64,000 nucleotides of DNA from a virus (lineage: Duplodnaviria; Heunggongvirae; Uroviricota; Caudoviricetes): IMG/VR virus record IMGVR_UViG_3300028832_000098, positions 17,241-81,240 of that record; one strand, written 5' to 3'. Under the pieces are notes generated by a model. The model made no database searches, was not told where the DNA came from, and was given only the letters and a program-made list of their open reading frames with translations. A program made the translations under genes and the position numbers. Positions 63,985-64,000 of the stretch are shown here, one piece after another; positions within the stretch are counted from its first letter, which is position 1; every line of letters begins with the position of its first letter.

Positions 63985-64000
63985 AAGTAATCAGTTTTAT

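Noticed and set aside
1-64000. Genome-wide TAG-to-Gln recoding (code 15)
   Set aside because: Long ORFs (985, 436, 424 aa) are intact under code 11, and TAG ends genes that are directly followed by the next start or a convergent gene (28496, 44080, 62108). Only one internal TAG was found
1-64000. Genome-wide TGA-to-Trp recoding (code 4)
   Set aside because: Trp-rich ORFs are intact under code 11, so their Trp codons are TGG, and TGA serves as the stop in many ATGA overlaps (21175, 22708, 26237, 29482, 41869, 59906). Only two convincing internal TGAs were found; conditional read-through remains open
1-64000. CRISPR array
   Set aside because: No run of equal-length identical repeats with unique spacers; repeated motifs are dispersed single copies or coding

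Overview
This 64-kb window looks like part of the accessory (early/middle-gene) arm of a large T4-like myophage infecting a Bacteroidota host. Supporting signs are Bacteroidetes TAnnTTTG promoters, a gp47/Mre11-like nuclease, a sigma-70-like factor, a baseplate spike gene behind a TATAAATA late promoter, RtcB, Thg1 and tRNA-Arg(CCU). About 140 tightly packed ORFs lie on the minus strand; the only convincing plus-strand gene is the spike (61437-62111). The left edge holds the start of an IscB/IsrB (PLMP) gene with its omegaRNA. Main hunting results: (1) two repeated promoter architectures, a fixed-spacing composite TGAnnnTCA-N28-TTAACA-N5-TGTTAA-N18-TATATTTG element (4 copies) and an AACGTTGTTTTTTATATAA element (10-11 copies); (2) three scattered small genes resembling separate, apparently inactive parts of a T4 gp17-like large terminase, possibly decoys; (3) several heavily expanded paralog families with constant ends and variable middles; (4) a tRNA-repair set plus a possible half tRNA-Glu; (5) several genes broken by single in-frame stops or homopolymer frameshifts. 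All protein assignments come from motif recognition by eye; no database searches were run.
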